Assembly (NCBI RefSeq): GCF_000022265.1
Contig: NC_011979.1
Coordinates: forward strand, 1,530,001-1,562,000
From: Geotalea daltonii FRC-32
GTDB lineage: Bacteria > Desulfobacterota > Desulfuromonadia > Geobacterales > Geobacteraceae
Direction of reading: 5' to 3'
DNA: 32,000 nt
Each line of letters begins with the position of its first letter. The stretch's first letter is position 1. The notes under the pieces are model-generated. The model was not told the DNA's origin, did no database searches, and saw only the letters and a program-made list of their open reading frames with translations. The translations under genes and the position numbers were made by a program. This document shows positions 17,804 to 26,033 of the stretch, piece by piece.

Positions 17804-18640
17804 TTAAATGGCTATTTCGCCGCTGAAAACTTCGACTGCAGGACCGGTCATATAGAGGAAGCCATCTTCAGACCATTCCAGTTCCAGGTCTCCGCCGGAC
17901 AGGTGGTTGAGGATCTTTTTATCTGTGAGCCCATTGAGTGCCCCCGCCACGCAGACCGCACTGGCGCCGGTGCCGCAGGCGAGAGTCTCTCCTGCTCCCC
18001 TTTCCCAGGTGCGCTGGCGCACTTCAGTGCGGGAGATGATCTGAACGAATTCCACATTTGTACGCCGGGGAAAGATCTCGTGGTTCTCGATGAGCGGCCC
18101 GTATTTTTCCACCTGGAAATTGTCCACGTCATCGACAAAAATGACACAGTGGGGATTACCCATGGAGGCGCAGGTGATATTGAAGGTCGTATGGAGAATG
18201 TTGAGCGGTTCGCTCACCACCCTGGCATCTGCCGGGCCGGACATGGGAATCTCGCCGCGGGTCAGTCGAGGCTTGCCCATATTGACACGGACCTTGTCCA
18301 CTTTGTTGCAGCAATTGGTAAAGAGCTGCAGGGTCAATATTCCGGCGCCGGTTTCGGCAGTGATTTCCTTTTTGTCGACGATGCCGTGATCATAGGCATA
18401 CTTGGCCACGCAACGGATGCCGTTGCCGCACATCTCCGACTCGGAACCGTCGGAGTTGAACATGCGCATCCGCACATGGGCCTTATCTGAAGGCATGATA
18501 AGAATCAGGCCGTCTGAGCCGATGCCGAAGTTGCGATTGGATACCTTTATGGCCACGTCAGCCGGATTTTCCACCTGCTCTGAAAAACAATCCACATAAA
18601 CATAATCATTGCCGGCGCCGTGCATTTTGGTAAATTTCAT
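17804..18640 (-). CDS. dapF: Diaminopimelate epimerase
   Basis: [17 protein letters not shown] start with a GGGAG SD. Catalytic Cys motifs are present ([18 protein letters not shown]). The track's 121-codon N-terminal extension is rejected. Confidence 0.92.
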   Translation of the reverse strand: MKFTKMHGAGNDYVYVDCFSEQVENPADVAIKVSNRNFGIGSDGLILIMPSDKAHVRMRMFNSDGSESEMCGNGIRCVAKYAYDHGIVDKKEITAETGAGILTLQLFTNCCNKVDKVRVNMGKPRLTRGEIPMSGPADARVVSEPLNILHTTFNITCASMGNPHCVIFVDDVDNFQVEKYGPLIENHEIFPRRTNVEFVQIISRTEVRQRTWERGAGETLACGTGASAVCVAGALNGLTDKKILNHLSGGDLELEWSEDGFLYMTGPAVEVFSGEIAI

Positions 18641-18722
18641 TTGTATTACTCCCTTAGCCTCGTAATGGTCCCCATGTAATAGCAAAATCTCATTTCGGCA
18701 ACAAGAAAAAAAACCGAGTTGC

Positions 18723-18752
18723 TTGACCTTAAGGCAATACTTTAAGTACAAT
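18723..18752 (+). promoter_or_regulatory. Candidate sigma70 promoter
   Basis: TTGACC (18723..18728), an 18-nt spacer, then TACAAT (18747..18752). It lies 27 nt upstream of the 18779 ATG. Confidence 0.45.
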
Positions 18753-18778
18753 CCACTTCCCATTTTTCGGAGGATTTT

Positions 18779-18988
18779 ATGGAGCTCAAAAACAAGATCT
18801 GGATGAACGGCAGCCTGGAGTGGTTTGCCTATATCGGTGAGGACGAAGTATTTCTCGGCAGCCGCGAAGTTCCCTTTCCCCCTGAAGAAGGCGATGAATG
18901 GGTTAATCAATTTGGTGACCATTTTCAAGTGGTGGAAGGTGAAATACGGCATCTGGGCAGGGTCGAACCGCCGGAGAGACACTGGTAG
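18779..18988 (+). CDS. Hypothetical acidic 69-aa protein
   Basis: ATG preceded by GGAGG, with a promoter-like motif upstream. I recognise no domain. It runs antisense to the rejected dapF extension. Confidence 0.35.
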   Translation: MELKNKIWMNGSLEWFAYIGEDEVFLGSREVPFPPEEGDEWVNQFGDHFQVVEGEIRHLGRVEPPERHW

Positions 18989-19089
18989 CGACTGCCAGTG
19001 CATTGCACAACGGAAGACCGATGATAAGCTTTAGGTAATGAACCGACCGCATCATAGGGATATCTGAATAGCAGAGTCAGGAGGTGACT

Positions 19090-19482
19090 ATGCTCAAGAT
19101 ACTCTTTCTGTTCAGTCTTGTGCTCGTCGTGTCCAGTATGCCGGGAGTCGCAGGAGCCGAGCCAATTCAGCATCATGGATATGTTGTCAATGCACAGGGG
19201 AACTCCCGGGAGTGCCTCGCATGCCATGACGGTTCCATGGCAAAGGCTGTTTCCAGCTGCCTGAATGGTCGCTGTCCTGTTGGCGGCTCCCATCCGGTCG
19301 ATACGCCCTATCCCCCTGCTGGACATGAGGGGGAGTATGTTGCGACGGTAAGCGGAAGTATCAGACTGCTGAATGGGCAAGTCACCTGCATCTCTTGTCA
19401 TAACCTGCAAAACCCGCAACCTGACCACCCCAGCGTTGATCTCGCCACCACCAATCTTTGTCTTAACTGTCACCGCAAATAG
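19090..19482 (+). CDS. Periplasmic trihaem c-type cytochrome
   Basis: AGGAGG sits 5 nt upstream of the ATG at 19090. Signal peptide (LKILFLFSLVLVVSSMPGVAGA). Three CxxCH motifs (CLACH, CISCH, CLNCH) plus a GSHPV distal-His-like segment. Confidence 0.85.
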   Translation: MLKILFLFSLVLVVSSMPGVAGAEPIQHHGYVVNAQGNSRECLACHDGSMAKAVSSCLNGRCPVGGSHPVDTPYPPAGHEGEYVATVSGSIRLLNGQVTCISCHNLQNPQPDHPSVDLATTNLCLNCHRK

Positions 19483-19608
19483 AAATGAATTCTCAAATCT
19501 GTCTTGCCCATTGAGTGAATGGTGTATGGAGGGATTTTTTTCTTAAAGTTCTTGACGAAAAAGGTAAAGGATTGTAGTCTCGAATTTATTTCTGAAGGGG
19601 AGTGTATT

Positions 19609-20073
19609 ATGAGGCTTTCCACCAAGAGCCGTTATGGCTTGCGAGCTCTTTTCGACATCGCTTACAATTCCGGAAATTTGCCTGCCCAGATACAGGACAT
19701 ATCTCGCCGTCAGAACATTTCTCCCAGATACCTGGAGCAGATCTTCCAGGCGCTGAAAAAAAAGGGGATACTCAACAGCAAAAGAGGACCTCAGGGCGGA
19801 TACTGTCTTGCTAGGAATCCTGACGAAATAACGGTTAGAGATATTGTCCAGGCAACGGAAGGGGATACCCTGCTGGTGGATTGCTCCGGAGGAAAGAAAA
19901 ACAAGCAGCACTGCGGGTTTGACGGCGGCTGTGTTACCCAGACGGTCTGGGATGAGGCAAGCCGGGAACTGAACAGGCTGTTCGGCTCCATTACCCTGAA
20001 AACCTTGTGCGATCGTGGGCATGCCATGGGCATCAAGAGGGAACAGGACCACCGGTTCATGTATTTCATATGA
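19609..20073 (+). CDS. Rrf2 family transcriptional regulator (CymR/IscR-like)
   Basis: MRLSTKSRYGLRAL..., a wHTH (ISRRQNISPRYLEQIFQALKKKGIL) and a three-Cys cluster C-x9-C-x5-C (CSGGKKNKQHCGFDGGC). It lies immediately upstream of cysK. Confidence 0.88.
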   Translation: MRLSTKSRYGLRALFDIAYNSGNLPAQIQDISRRQNISPRYLEQIFQALKKKGILNSKRGPQGGYCLARNPDEITVRDIVQATEGDTLLVDCSGGKKNKQHCGFDGGCVTQTVWDEASRELNRLFGSITLKTLCDRGHAMGIKREQDHRFMYFI

Positions 20074-20097
20074 GTGTTGGAAAAAAGGAGATTCCAT

Positions 20098-21021
20098 ATG
20101 CCGGTTTCAAGAAGCGATGATGTGATCAAGCAGATAGGCAATACGCCACTGGTGAGGCTGAGCAGGTTTGAAGAGAGCGGCTCGGCTGCCCTGTGGGGGA
20201 AAGTCGAGGCATTCAATCCGGGTGGCAGCATCAAGGACCGCATTTGCCTTTCCATGATCGAGGCCGCGGAAAAAGACGGCTGTCTGAAGCCTGGCGCGAC
20301 TGTGGTTGAGCCCACCAGCGGCAATACAGGCATCGGTCTCTCCATGGTCTGTGCCGTCAAGGGCTATAAATTGATTTTGGTGATGCCTGATACCATGACC
20401 ATAGAGAGACGGCGTCTGCTGGCCGCCTACGGTGCAGAGCTGGTTCTGACTCCGGGTGCGCAGGGGATGCGGGGTGCTGTGCAAAAGGCCGAGGAGCTGG
20501 CTGCAGAAAACGGTTACCTTCTGCCCCAGCAGTTTAAAAATGCGGCGAACCCCGAAATACACAGACTGACGACAGGACCCGAGATCATCAAAGGGATGGA
20601 CGGACTGTCCATTGACGGATTTGTGGCAGGGGTAGGTACCGGCGGAACCATTACCGGGGCAGGCGAGGTGCTGAAAAAGCATAATCCTGCCATTCATATT
20701 GCCGCGGTCGAACCCGCCGATTCATCGGTATTGTCCGGTGGTGACCCTGGTCCGCACAAGATCCAGGGGATTGGTGCCGGATTCATCCCCGATGTCCTCA
20801 ACAGCAAGATCTACAATGAGGTGATTCGCGTTTCCAATGACGCTGCCTATGGAGCGACGAAAAGGTTGTCCATGGAAGCGGGTCTTCTTGTGGGCATATC
20901 CTCGGGAGCTGCCCTGGTCGGGGGGATACAAGTGGCGAAGAAGCTTGGCCCAGGCAAAAATGTGGTGGTGATCCTGCCTGATACAGGTGAAAGATACCTG
21001 TCGACAGGGGTTTTCGATTGA
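20098..21021 (+). CDS. cysK: Cysteine synthase A (O-acetylserine sulfhydrylase)
   Basis: IGNTPLVRL, GGSIKDR (PLP lysine), TSGNTGIGL and GVGTGGTITG. An AAGGAG SD precedes the ATG at 20098. Confidence 0.93.
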   Translation: MPVSRSDDVIKQIGNTPLVRLSRFEESGSAALWGKVEAFNPGGSIKDRICLSMIEAAEKDGCLKPGATVVEPTSGNTGIGLSMVCAVKGYKLILVMPDTMTIERRRLLAAYGAELVLTPGAQGMRGAVQKAEELAAENGYLLPQQFKNAANPEIHRLTTGPEIIKGMDGLSIDGFVAGVGTGGTITGAGEVLKKHNPAIHIAAVEPADSSVLSGGDPGPHKIQGIGAGFIPDVLNSKIYNEVIRVSNDAAYGATKRLSMEAGLLVGISSGAALVGGIQVAKKLGPGKNVVVILPDTGERYLSTGVFD

Positions 21022-21051
21022 TTTCGCCGAGGTATTGCTGTTAAAACCGAG

Positions 21052-21070
21052 CGGCCCGTTTTGCGGGCCG
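21052..21070 (+). terminator. Weak hairpin between cysK and the larE-like gene
   Basis: CGGCCCG-TTTTG-CGGGCCG followed by TCTCCATTTTG. The stem is only 7 bp, so it may be partial or leaky. Confidence 0.35.
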
Positions 21071-21090
21071 TCTCCATTTTGAGGCTGAAC

Positions 21091-21903
21091 ATGGATGAAT
21101 TGCACGTGAAATACGAGAAGCTGAAGAGCATCCTCCAGGAGATGGGCTCCGTGCTGGTGGCTTTTTCCGGTGGGGTTGATTCCACCTTCCTTCTCAGAGT
21201 TGCCCATGACCTTCTTGGTGACAAGGCCTGCGCCATTACCGCCACTTCTCCCACTTATCCCGCTTCCGAATTCCGGGAGGCAACCGCCTTGGCCCTGTCC
21301 ATTGGTGCCAGGCAGATAGTCATTGAATCCAACGAGCTGGAAATACCCGGCTTTTCGGAAAACCCGAAGGATCGCTGTTATCACTGCAAAAAGGAGCTTT
21401 TTCAGCATTGTGTGGAAAAAGCTTCGCTAGAGGGTTTCGCCTTCATCGCCGACGGCAGCAATACGGACGATCTGGGGGACTATCGGCCTGGCCGTATAGC
21501 CATCGGGGAACTCAAGGTGCGCAGCCCGCTGTTGGAAGCTGGGCTAGGCAAAAGCGACCTCCGCCTTCTCAGCCGGGAACTGGGCCTGCCGACCTGGGAC
21601 AAGCAGCCATATGCCTGTCTTGCCAGCCGTTTTCCCTATGGTGTAGAGATTACCCCGGAGCGATTGTCCATGATCGAGTCTTGCGAGGAATTCCTGAAGG
21701 GGCAGGGTTTTTCACTCTATCGGGTGCGATTCCACCACGAGACGGCGCGGATCGAGCTTTCAGAGGAGGATTTTGGGCGGCTGCTGCAGCCGGAACTGCG
21801 TCGATCGGTTGTCTCATTCTTTAAGAAGGCAGGCTTTACATATGTGGCGCTGGATTTGGAGGGGTACCGCACAGGCAGCATGAACGAAGTAGGTTTACGC
21901 TGA
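21091..21903 (+). CDS. PP-loop ATP pyrophosphatase, LarE-like sulfur transferase (TIGR00268 family)
   Basis: PP-loop SGGVDS, CYHC (CxxC) and a third Cys in YACLASRFP. 270 aa from the ATG at 21091. Confidence 0.8.
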   Translation: MDELHVKYEKLKSILQEMGSVLVAFSGGVDSTFLLRVAHDLLGDKACAITATSPTYPASEFREATALALSIGARQIVIESNELEIPGFSENPKDRCYHCKKELFQHCVEKASLEGFAFIADGSNTDDLGDYRPGRIAIGELKVRSPLLEAGLGKSDLRLLSRELGLPTWDKQPYACLASRFPYGVEITPERLSMIESCEEFLKGQGFSLYRVRFHHETARIELSEEDFGRLLQPELRRSVVSFFKKAGFTYVALDLEGYRTGSMNEVGLR

Positions 21904-22002
21904 AAAACGCCCATCTGCGGCGTTGCCCTCATCGCTACGCTGCTCACATACTGGTGTATGCTCCGCTGCTCGCTCTTCGGCGCCTTGCACCTGGGCGTTT
22001 TT
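21903..22002. other. Convergent-gene spacer closed by an 11-bp perfect inverted repeat (possible repeat-family member or bidirectional terminator)
   Basis: AAAAACGCCCA (21903..21913) pairs with TGGGCGTTTTT (21992..22002), leaving a 78-nt GC-rich interior. It fills the gap between the larE-like and hsp20 stops. Confidence 0.4.
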
Positions 22003-22014
22003 GGGCGCAAACGT

Positions 22015-22458
22015 TTATTTCACTCCCACCTTGATCTGTTTCGATTCGATTTCTTCCGTTTTCGGCAGGATTATGGTGAGGACCCCGCGGTCGCAGGAGG
22101 CTTGGATCTTATCCCGATCAATGCTCTGGGGTAGGGTGAAGCTGCGCTGGAAGGTGCCGTAATAGCGCTCGACCCGATGATAGTTTTCTCTCTTGATGTC
22201 GGTGTTCTGTTTTCTCTCGCCGCGCAGGGTCAGAGTATTGTTTTCAATCCTCACCTCGATGTCCTGCTGATCCATGTCCGGCACCTCAGCCTTGATGACA
22301 ACCGCCTCTGTGTTCTCGTAAATATCCACCGGCGGCTGCCATATTCCCTCGTTCAGTTCCTCACCTGATTCCCTGTTCCAGGCAAGGTCCAGCAGGTGAT
22401 TCATTTCCTCCTGCATGGTGCGGAGATCCTTGAAAGGGTTGTATTTAACAAGCGCCAT
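22015..22458 (-). CDS. Small heat shock protein, Hsp20/alpha-crystallin family
   Basis: 147 aa. The alpha-crystallin domain pattern is present (PPVDIYE..., AEVPDMD..DIEV......LTLRGER, F.RSF.LP, GVL.I.LPK). AAGGAGGAG SD. Confidence 0.93.
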   Translation of the reverse strand: MALVKYNPFKDLRTMQEEMNHLLDLAWNRESGEELNEGIWQPPVDIYENTEAVVIKAEVPDMDQQDIEVRIENNTLTLRGERKQNTDIKRENYHRVERYYGTFQRSFTLPQSIDRDKIQASCDRGVLTIILPKTEEIESKQIKVGVK

Positions 22459-22474
22459 AATCCACTCCTCCTTA

Positions 22475-22640
22475 CTAGTGTCACGTGCGGCTAATTCTTT
22501 CCTGATAATTTCGGGTTTTTTTGTCCCCGGCTGCGTTGCGGCTCCTCGGCTTAGGCCCTGCTAGGCCTGCGTCGCCGCGCCTTGCCGGGAACCAAAATCC
22601 CTCGAAATTCTTGCAGAGAACTAACCGCACGGGACACTAG
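22475..22640. repeat. 166-bp palindromic MITE-like repeat, copy 2 (inverted relative to copy 1)
   Basis: CTAGTGTCACGTGCGG...CCGCACGGGACACTAG. Its reverse complement aligns end to end with 3565..3730. Similarity is very high over about 110 nt and lower over the remaining about 55 nt (judged by eye). Confidence 0.75.
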
Positions 22641-22655
22641 CCATGGGTTTCAATA

Positions 22656-22683
22656 AACATAATCAGTATGCAGGCAAAGTCAA
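22656..22683 (-). promoter_or_regulatory. Candidate sigma70-like promoter upstream of the repeat and hsp20
   Basis: Minus strand: TTGACT (22678..22683), a 16-nt spacer, then TATGTT (22656..22661). Transcription would start just before the repeat. Confidence 0.3.
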
Positions 22684-22713
22684 GGGGGAGAAAACTTCGC
22701 CGTTTTCTCCCCC
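22684..22713 (-). terminator. Hairpin after the 57-aa ORF
   Basis: GGGGGAGAAAAC-6 nt-GTTTTCTCCCCC, a 12-bp perfect stem. On the minus strand it is followed by TTGACTTTG. It lies 31 nt downstream of the stop at 22744. Confidence 0.5.
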
Positions 22714-22743
22714 TGTCTTGATCTTGGTTTTATTTAATTGTGG

Positions 22744-22917
22744 TTATACCCTTTTTCCCTTGGGTACACTGTGTTTCAGTTTCTTTGAACCATCATATAG
22801 GTTTTGCTTGGCAATCGCCCGCCGTTCTTTCAGGTCTTTTTTGTCATAGTCGAATTTAAGGGTTGTTTCCGCATCTTTTGCCAGTTGATCGATTTTTTCC
22901 ACGTCTCTCTCTGTCAT
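22744..22917 (-). CDS. Hypothetical Lys-rich 57-aa protein
   Basis: MTERDVEKIDQLAKDAETTLKFDYDKKDLKERRAIAKQNLYDGSKKLKHSVPKGKRV. An AAAGGGAG SD lies upstream of the ATG at 22917. I recognise no domain. The longer track ORF (to 23082) has an implausible N-terminus. Confidence 0.4.
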   Translation of the reverse strand: MTERDVEKIDQLAKDAETTLKFDYDKKDLKERRAIAKQNLYDGSKKLKHSVPKGKRV

Positions 22918-23072
22918 ACTGACTCCCTTTTTGGTTGTGGTGCAGTTGCAGTTATTTCGGCTGTTGTTTGGAAAAGACCTCCTGTCTTTTTCTCCCATGA
23001 TAACAGTTTTCTCAGTGGATGCAACAGCTCTTTTCGCCGCAGGAATCAAGGATCTTCGGCATATTATTACCC

Positions 23073-23101
23073 TTGATGCCACTGGATTTATGGGCTACTA
23101 T
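23073..23101 (+). promoter_or_regulatory. Candidate sigma70 promoter for DUF4177-polA
   Basis: TTGATG (23073..23078), a 17-nt spacer, then TACTAT (23096..23101). Confidence 0.4.
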
Positions 23102-23129
23102 TTGCAGAAAATCAACACGAGGTGGCGTT

Positions 23130-23306
23130 ATGGAAGTATATAAAGTCGTTGAGGTGAGCTCGGTAGCTGAGGACACTCTGGAGGATGTCCTGAACGAGTG
23201 GACCGGCAAGGGCTGGCTTCTGGACCGGATCCAGTTCGCCATGCGCGAATCGAGCAAGAGGCCGAGCATGGCCTTTGTCATCTTTACACGGGAACAGCAG
23301 GAATAG
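23130..23306 (+). CDS. DUF4177 domain protein
   Basis: MEVYKVVEV...LEDVLNEWTGKGWLLDRI fits the DUF4177 pattern. 58 aa with a GAGGTGG SD. It ends 10 nt before polA. Confidence 0.65.
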   Translation: MEVYKVVEVSSVAEDTLEDVLNEWTGKGWLLDRIQFAMRESSKRPSMAFVIFTREQQE

Positions 23307-23316
23307 GGGAACAGAT

Positions 23317-25992
23317 ATGCCTGAAAAACCAAAGCTTTACCTCATTGACGGTTCGTCCTACATCTACCGGGCCTATTATGCCATCAGACACCTTTCTTCA
23401 CCGAAGGGCTTTCCCACCAATGCTCTCTACGGCTTTATCCAAATGCTGCTCAAGGTGGTGAAGGACCGGAAGCCGGACCATCTGGCGGTAGTCTTCGATG
23501 CCGGAAAGCTGACCTTCCGCAATGAGATCTATCCAGCCTATAAGGCAAACCGTTCTGCCATGCCCGACGACCTGCGCCTGCAGATAGAGCCGATCAAAGA
23601 GGCAGTTCGCGCCTTCAGGATCCCTGTGCTGGAGCTGCCCGGCTTCGAGGCGGACGACATCATCGGCACCATCGCCTGCGATTGTGAAAAAAAGGGGATG
23701 GCTGCAGTCATTGTAACCGGCGACAAGGATCTGATGCAGATTGTCACCGACAGCGTCACTCTCCTCGACACTATGAAAGACAAGGCATCGGGCCCTGCCG
23801 AGGTGGTCGAGCGTTTCGGCGTTCCACCCGAACGGGTGGTGGATATTCTGGCTCTGGCTGGCGATTCTTCCGACAATATACCGGGGATTCCCGGCATAGG
23901 GGAAAAGACCGCCATCAAGCTGATTCAGGAGCATCATTCGCTGGATCAGCTCCTGGAAAACGCTTCTGTTGTCAAGGGGAAGGTTGGCGAACGTCTCCGT
24001 GAGTTTGCCGATCAGGCCCGCCTGTCCAGGCGGCTGGCAACCATTGAATGCAATGTGCCGGTTCCCTATTCCTATGGTGATTTTGCCGCTTCCCCTCCCG
24101 ATAACCGTCTTCTCGGGGATCTATTCCGGGAATACGGCTTCACGACCCTGATGAAAGAACTGACCAGTGTCGCTACCCTCTCCAGCGACGACTACCGCAC
24201 TATTCTCTCTGCCGGCGATTTTAGCGCACTGATGGATAAACTGGGCACCCAGTCCATCTTTGCCATTGACCTGGAGACCACCAGCCTCAATCCATTCGAA
24301 GCGGAAATTGTCGGGATCTCCTTCAGCTTCAGCGACCACCAGGCATATTACATCCCGGTCGCCCACCACTACCTGGGCGTTCCGGATCAGCTCTCCCTTG
24401 CCCACGTCCTTCAAGCACTGAGGCCCCTGCTTTTGGACCCGGCAATAAAGAAAATCGGCCAGAACATCAAATATGACTATCAGGTGCTGCGCCGGGCCGG
24501 CATAGAGATGGAAGGCATCTGGTGCGATACCATGCTTGCCTCCTATCTGCTCAATCCCAACCGTTCCAGCCATGGCCTCAATGCGTTGGCTGTGGAACTG
24601 CTCGACCACAAGATGATCTCCTATGCCGACGTTGCCGGCAGTGGCAAGGACCAGAAGAATTTTGCCCAGGTAGAGGTGGAAAAAGCCTCGATCTATTCAT
24701 GCGAGGATGCCGATGCCACCTGGCTGCTGCATAAGCTCTTTTTGCCGCAGATTGAAGAGTCTGGCATGGAGCGGCTGTTGTTCGAACTGGAGATGCCGCT
24801 GGTGAAGATTCTTGCCGAGATGGAACTGTACGGAGTCAAGCTGGACCTTGTCCTGTTACAGAAGCTGTCTGCGGGTTTCGGTAGTCAGCTGGCAGAGCTG
24901 GAGCGTGAAATATTCCAGTGTGCCGGAACGACCTTCAACATCAACTCCCCTAAACAGCTGGGCGAGGTTCTTTTTGAACATCTGCAGCTACCCTGTGGGA
25001 AGAAAACCAAGACCAAGACCGGCTGGTCGACCAACGTGGATGAGCTGGAGAGGCTTGCCGCCGAACATGAGATAGGCAGGCTCATCCTCCAGTACCGAAG
25101 CCTGTCCAAGTTGAAGTCCACCTATACCGATGCATTGCCCAAACTAGTTTACAGCGAGTCCGGCCGCATCCATACCTCCTACAACCAGGCGGTCACCAAT
25201 ACCGGCCGGCTTTCCTCGTCGGAACCAAATCTGCAGAATATACCGATCCGTTCCGAAGAGGGGCGCAGTATCAGGCATGCCTTCATTGCCGAGGAAGGCT
25301 GTCTCATCCTGTCTGCCGACTACTCCCAGATTGAACTGCGGGTATTGGCCCATCTCTCCCAGGACCGGGTCTTCTGCGATGCCTTTGCCAAAGACGAGGA
25401 TATTCACACCAGGACAGCTGCCGAGGTCTTCGGCCTTTTCCCGGGAATGGTTACCCCGGAGATGCGCCGCCAGGCCAAAACCATCAATTTCGGTGTCATC
25501 TACGGTCAGGGTCCCTTCAGCCTGGCAAAGGAACTGGGCGTATCCACCAAGGTGGCAAAGGAGTTCATCGACAACTACTTCGACCGCCATGCCGGAGCCA
25601 GAGTCTTTCTTGACGGCTGTGTCCGCGAGGCCGAGGCCAAAGGACATGTCACGACTATCCTCGGCCGCCGTCTGCCCATTCCCGACATCAACAGCACCAA
25701 CGGCAACATCCGTTCCTTTGCCCAGCGCAACGCCATAAACTACCCGATCCAGGGCTCGGCAGCCGATATCATCAAGCAGGCGATGGTACGGGTAAGCGGG
25801 CGGATGCGGCGGGAAGGCCTGAAAAGCCGCCTGATCATGCAGGTGCACGATGAGCTGGTATTCGAGGTGCCGCTGGAGGAAAAACTAACTATGGAAAAAC
25901 TGGTCTGCCACGAGATGGAAAATGCGTTGACTTTGAGGGTGCCGCTTAAGGTGGATGTGAACTTCGGGTCAAACTGGAGCGAAGCCCATTAG
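23317..25992 (+). CDS. polA: DNA polymerase I
   Basis: 5'-nuclease region (LIDGSSYIYRAYYA), 3'-5' exonuclease region (FAIDLETTSL) and polymerase motifs (DYSQIELRVLAH, QVHDELVFE). 891 aa. Confidence 0.95.
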   Translation: MPEKPKLYLIDGSSYIYRAYYAIRHLSSPKGFPTNALYGFIQMLLKVVKDRKPDHLAVVFDAGKLTFRNEIYPAYKANRSAMPDDLRLQIEPIKEAVRAFRIPVLELPGFEADDIIGTIACDCEKKGMAAVIVTGDKDLMQIVTDSVTLLDTMKDKASGPAEVVERFGVPPERVVDILALAGDSSDNIPGIPGIGEKTAIKLIQEHHSLDQLLENASVVKGKVGERLREFADQARLSRRLATIECNVPVPYSYGDFAASPPDNRLLGDLFREYGFTTLMKELTSVATLSSDDYRTILSAGDFSALMDKLGTQSIFAIDLETTSLNPFEAEIVGISFSFSDHQAYYIPVAHHYLGVPDQLSLAHVLQALRPLLLDPAIKKIGQNIKYDYQVLRRAGIEMEGIWCDTMLASYLLNPNRSSHGLNALAVELLDHKMISYADVAGSGKDQKNFAQVEVEKASIYSCEDADATWLLHKLFLPQIEESGMERLLFELEMPLVKILAEMELYGVKLDLVLLQKLSAGFGSQLAELEREIFQCAGTTFNINSPKQLGEVLFEHLQLPCGKKTKTKTGWSTNVDELERLAAEHEIGRLILQYRSLSKLKSTYTDALPKLVYSESGRIHTSYNQAVTNTGRLSSSEPNLQNIPIRSEEGRSIRHAFIAEEGCLILSADYSQIELRVLAHLSQDRVFCDAFAKDEDIHTRTAAEVFGLFPGMVTPEMRRQAKTINFGVIYGQGPFSLAKELGVSTKVAKEFIDNYFDRHAGARVFLDGCVREAEAKGHVTTILGRRLPIPDINSTNGNIRSFAQRNAINYPIQGSAADIIKQAMVRVSGRMRREGLKSRLIMQVHDELVFEVPLEEKLTMEKLVCHEMENALTLRVPLKVDVNFGSNWSEAH

Positions 25993-26033
25993 CAGCCTTT
26001 TGGCAGGCTGTCAGAAAGTTAAGATGCAGCAGG

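Noticed and set aside
17804-19003. 399-aa version of dapF with a 121-residue N-terminal extension
   Set aside because: DapF proteins start at MKF.KMHG.GNDY. The internal ATG at 18640 has a GGGAG SD. The extension overlaps an oppositely oriented promoter and ORF and has no homology-like features.
22475-22640. Sigma54 (GG-N10-GC), sigma32 (CTTGAAA/CCCCAT) or CIRCE-like motifs inside the repeat upstream of hsp20
   Set aside because: Only partial matches (TGGTTCCCGGCAAG, CCCGAAA...CCGCACGT) with the wrong spacing. Not supportable by eye.
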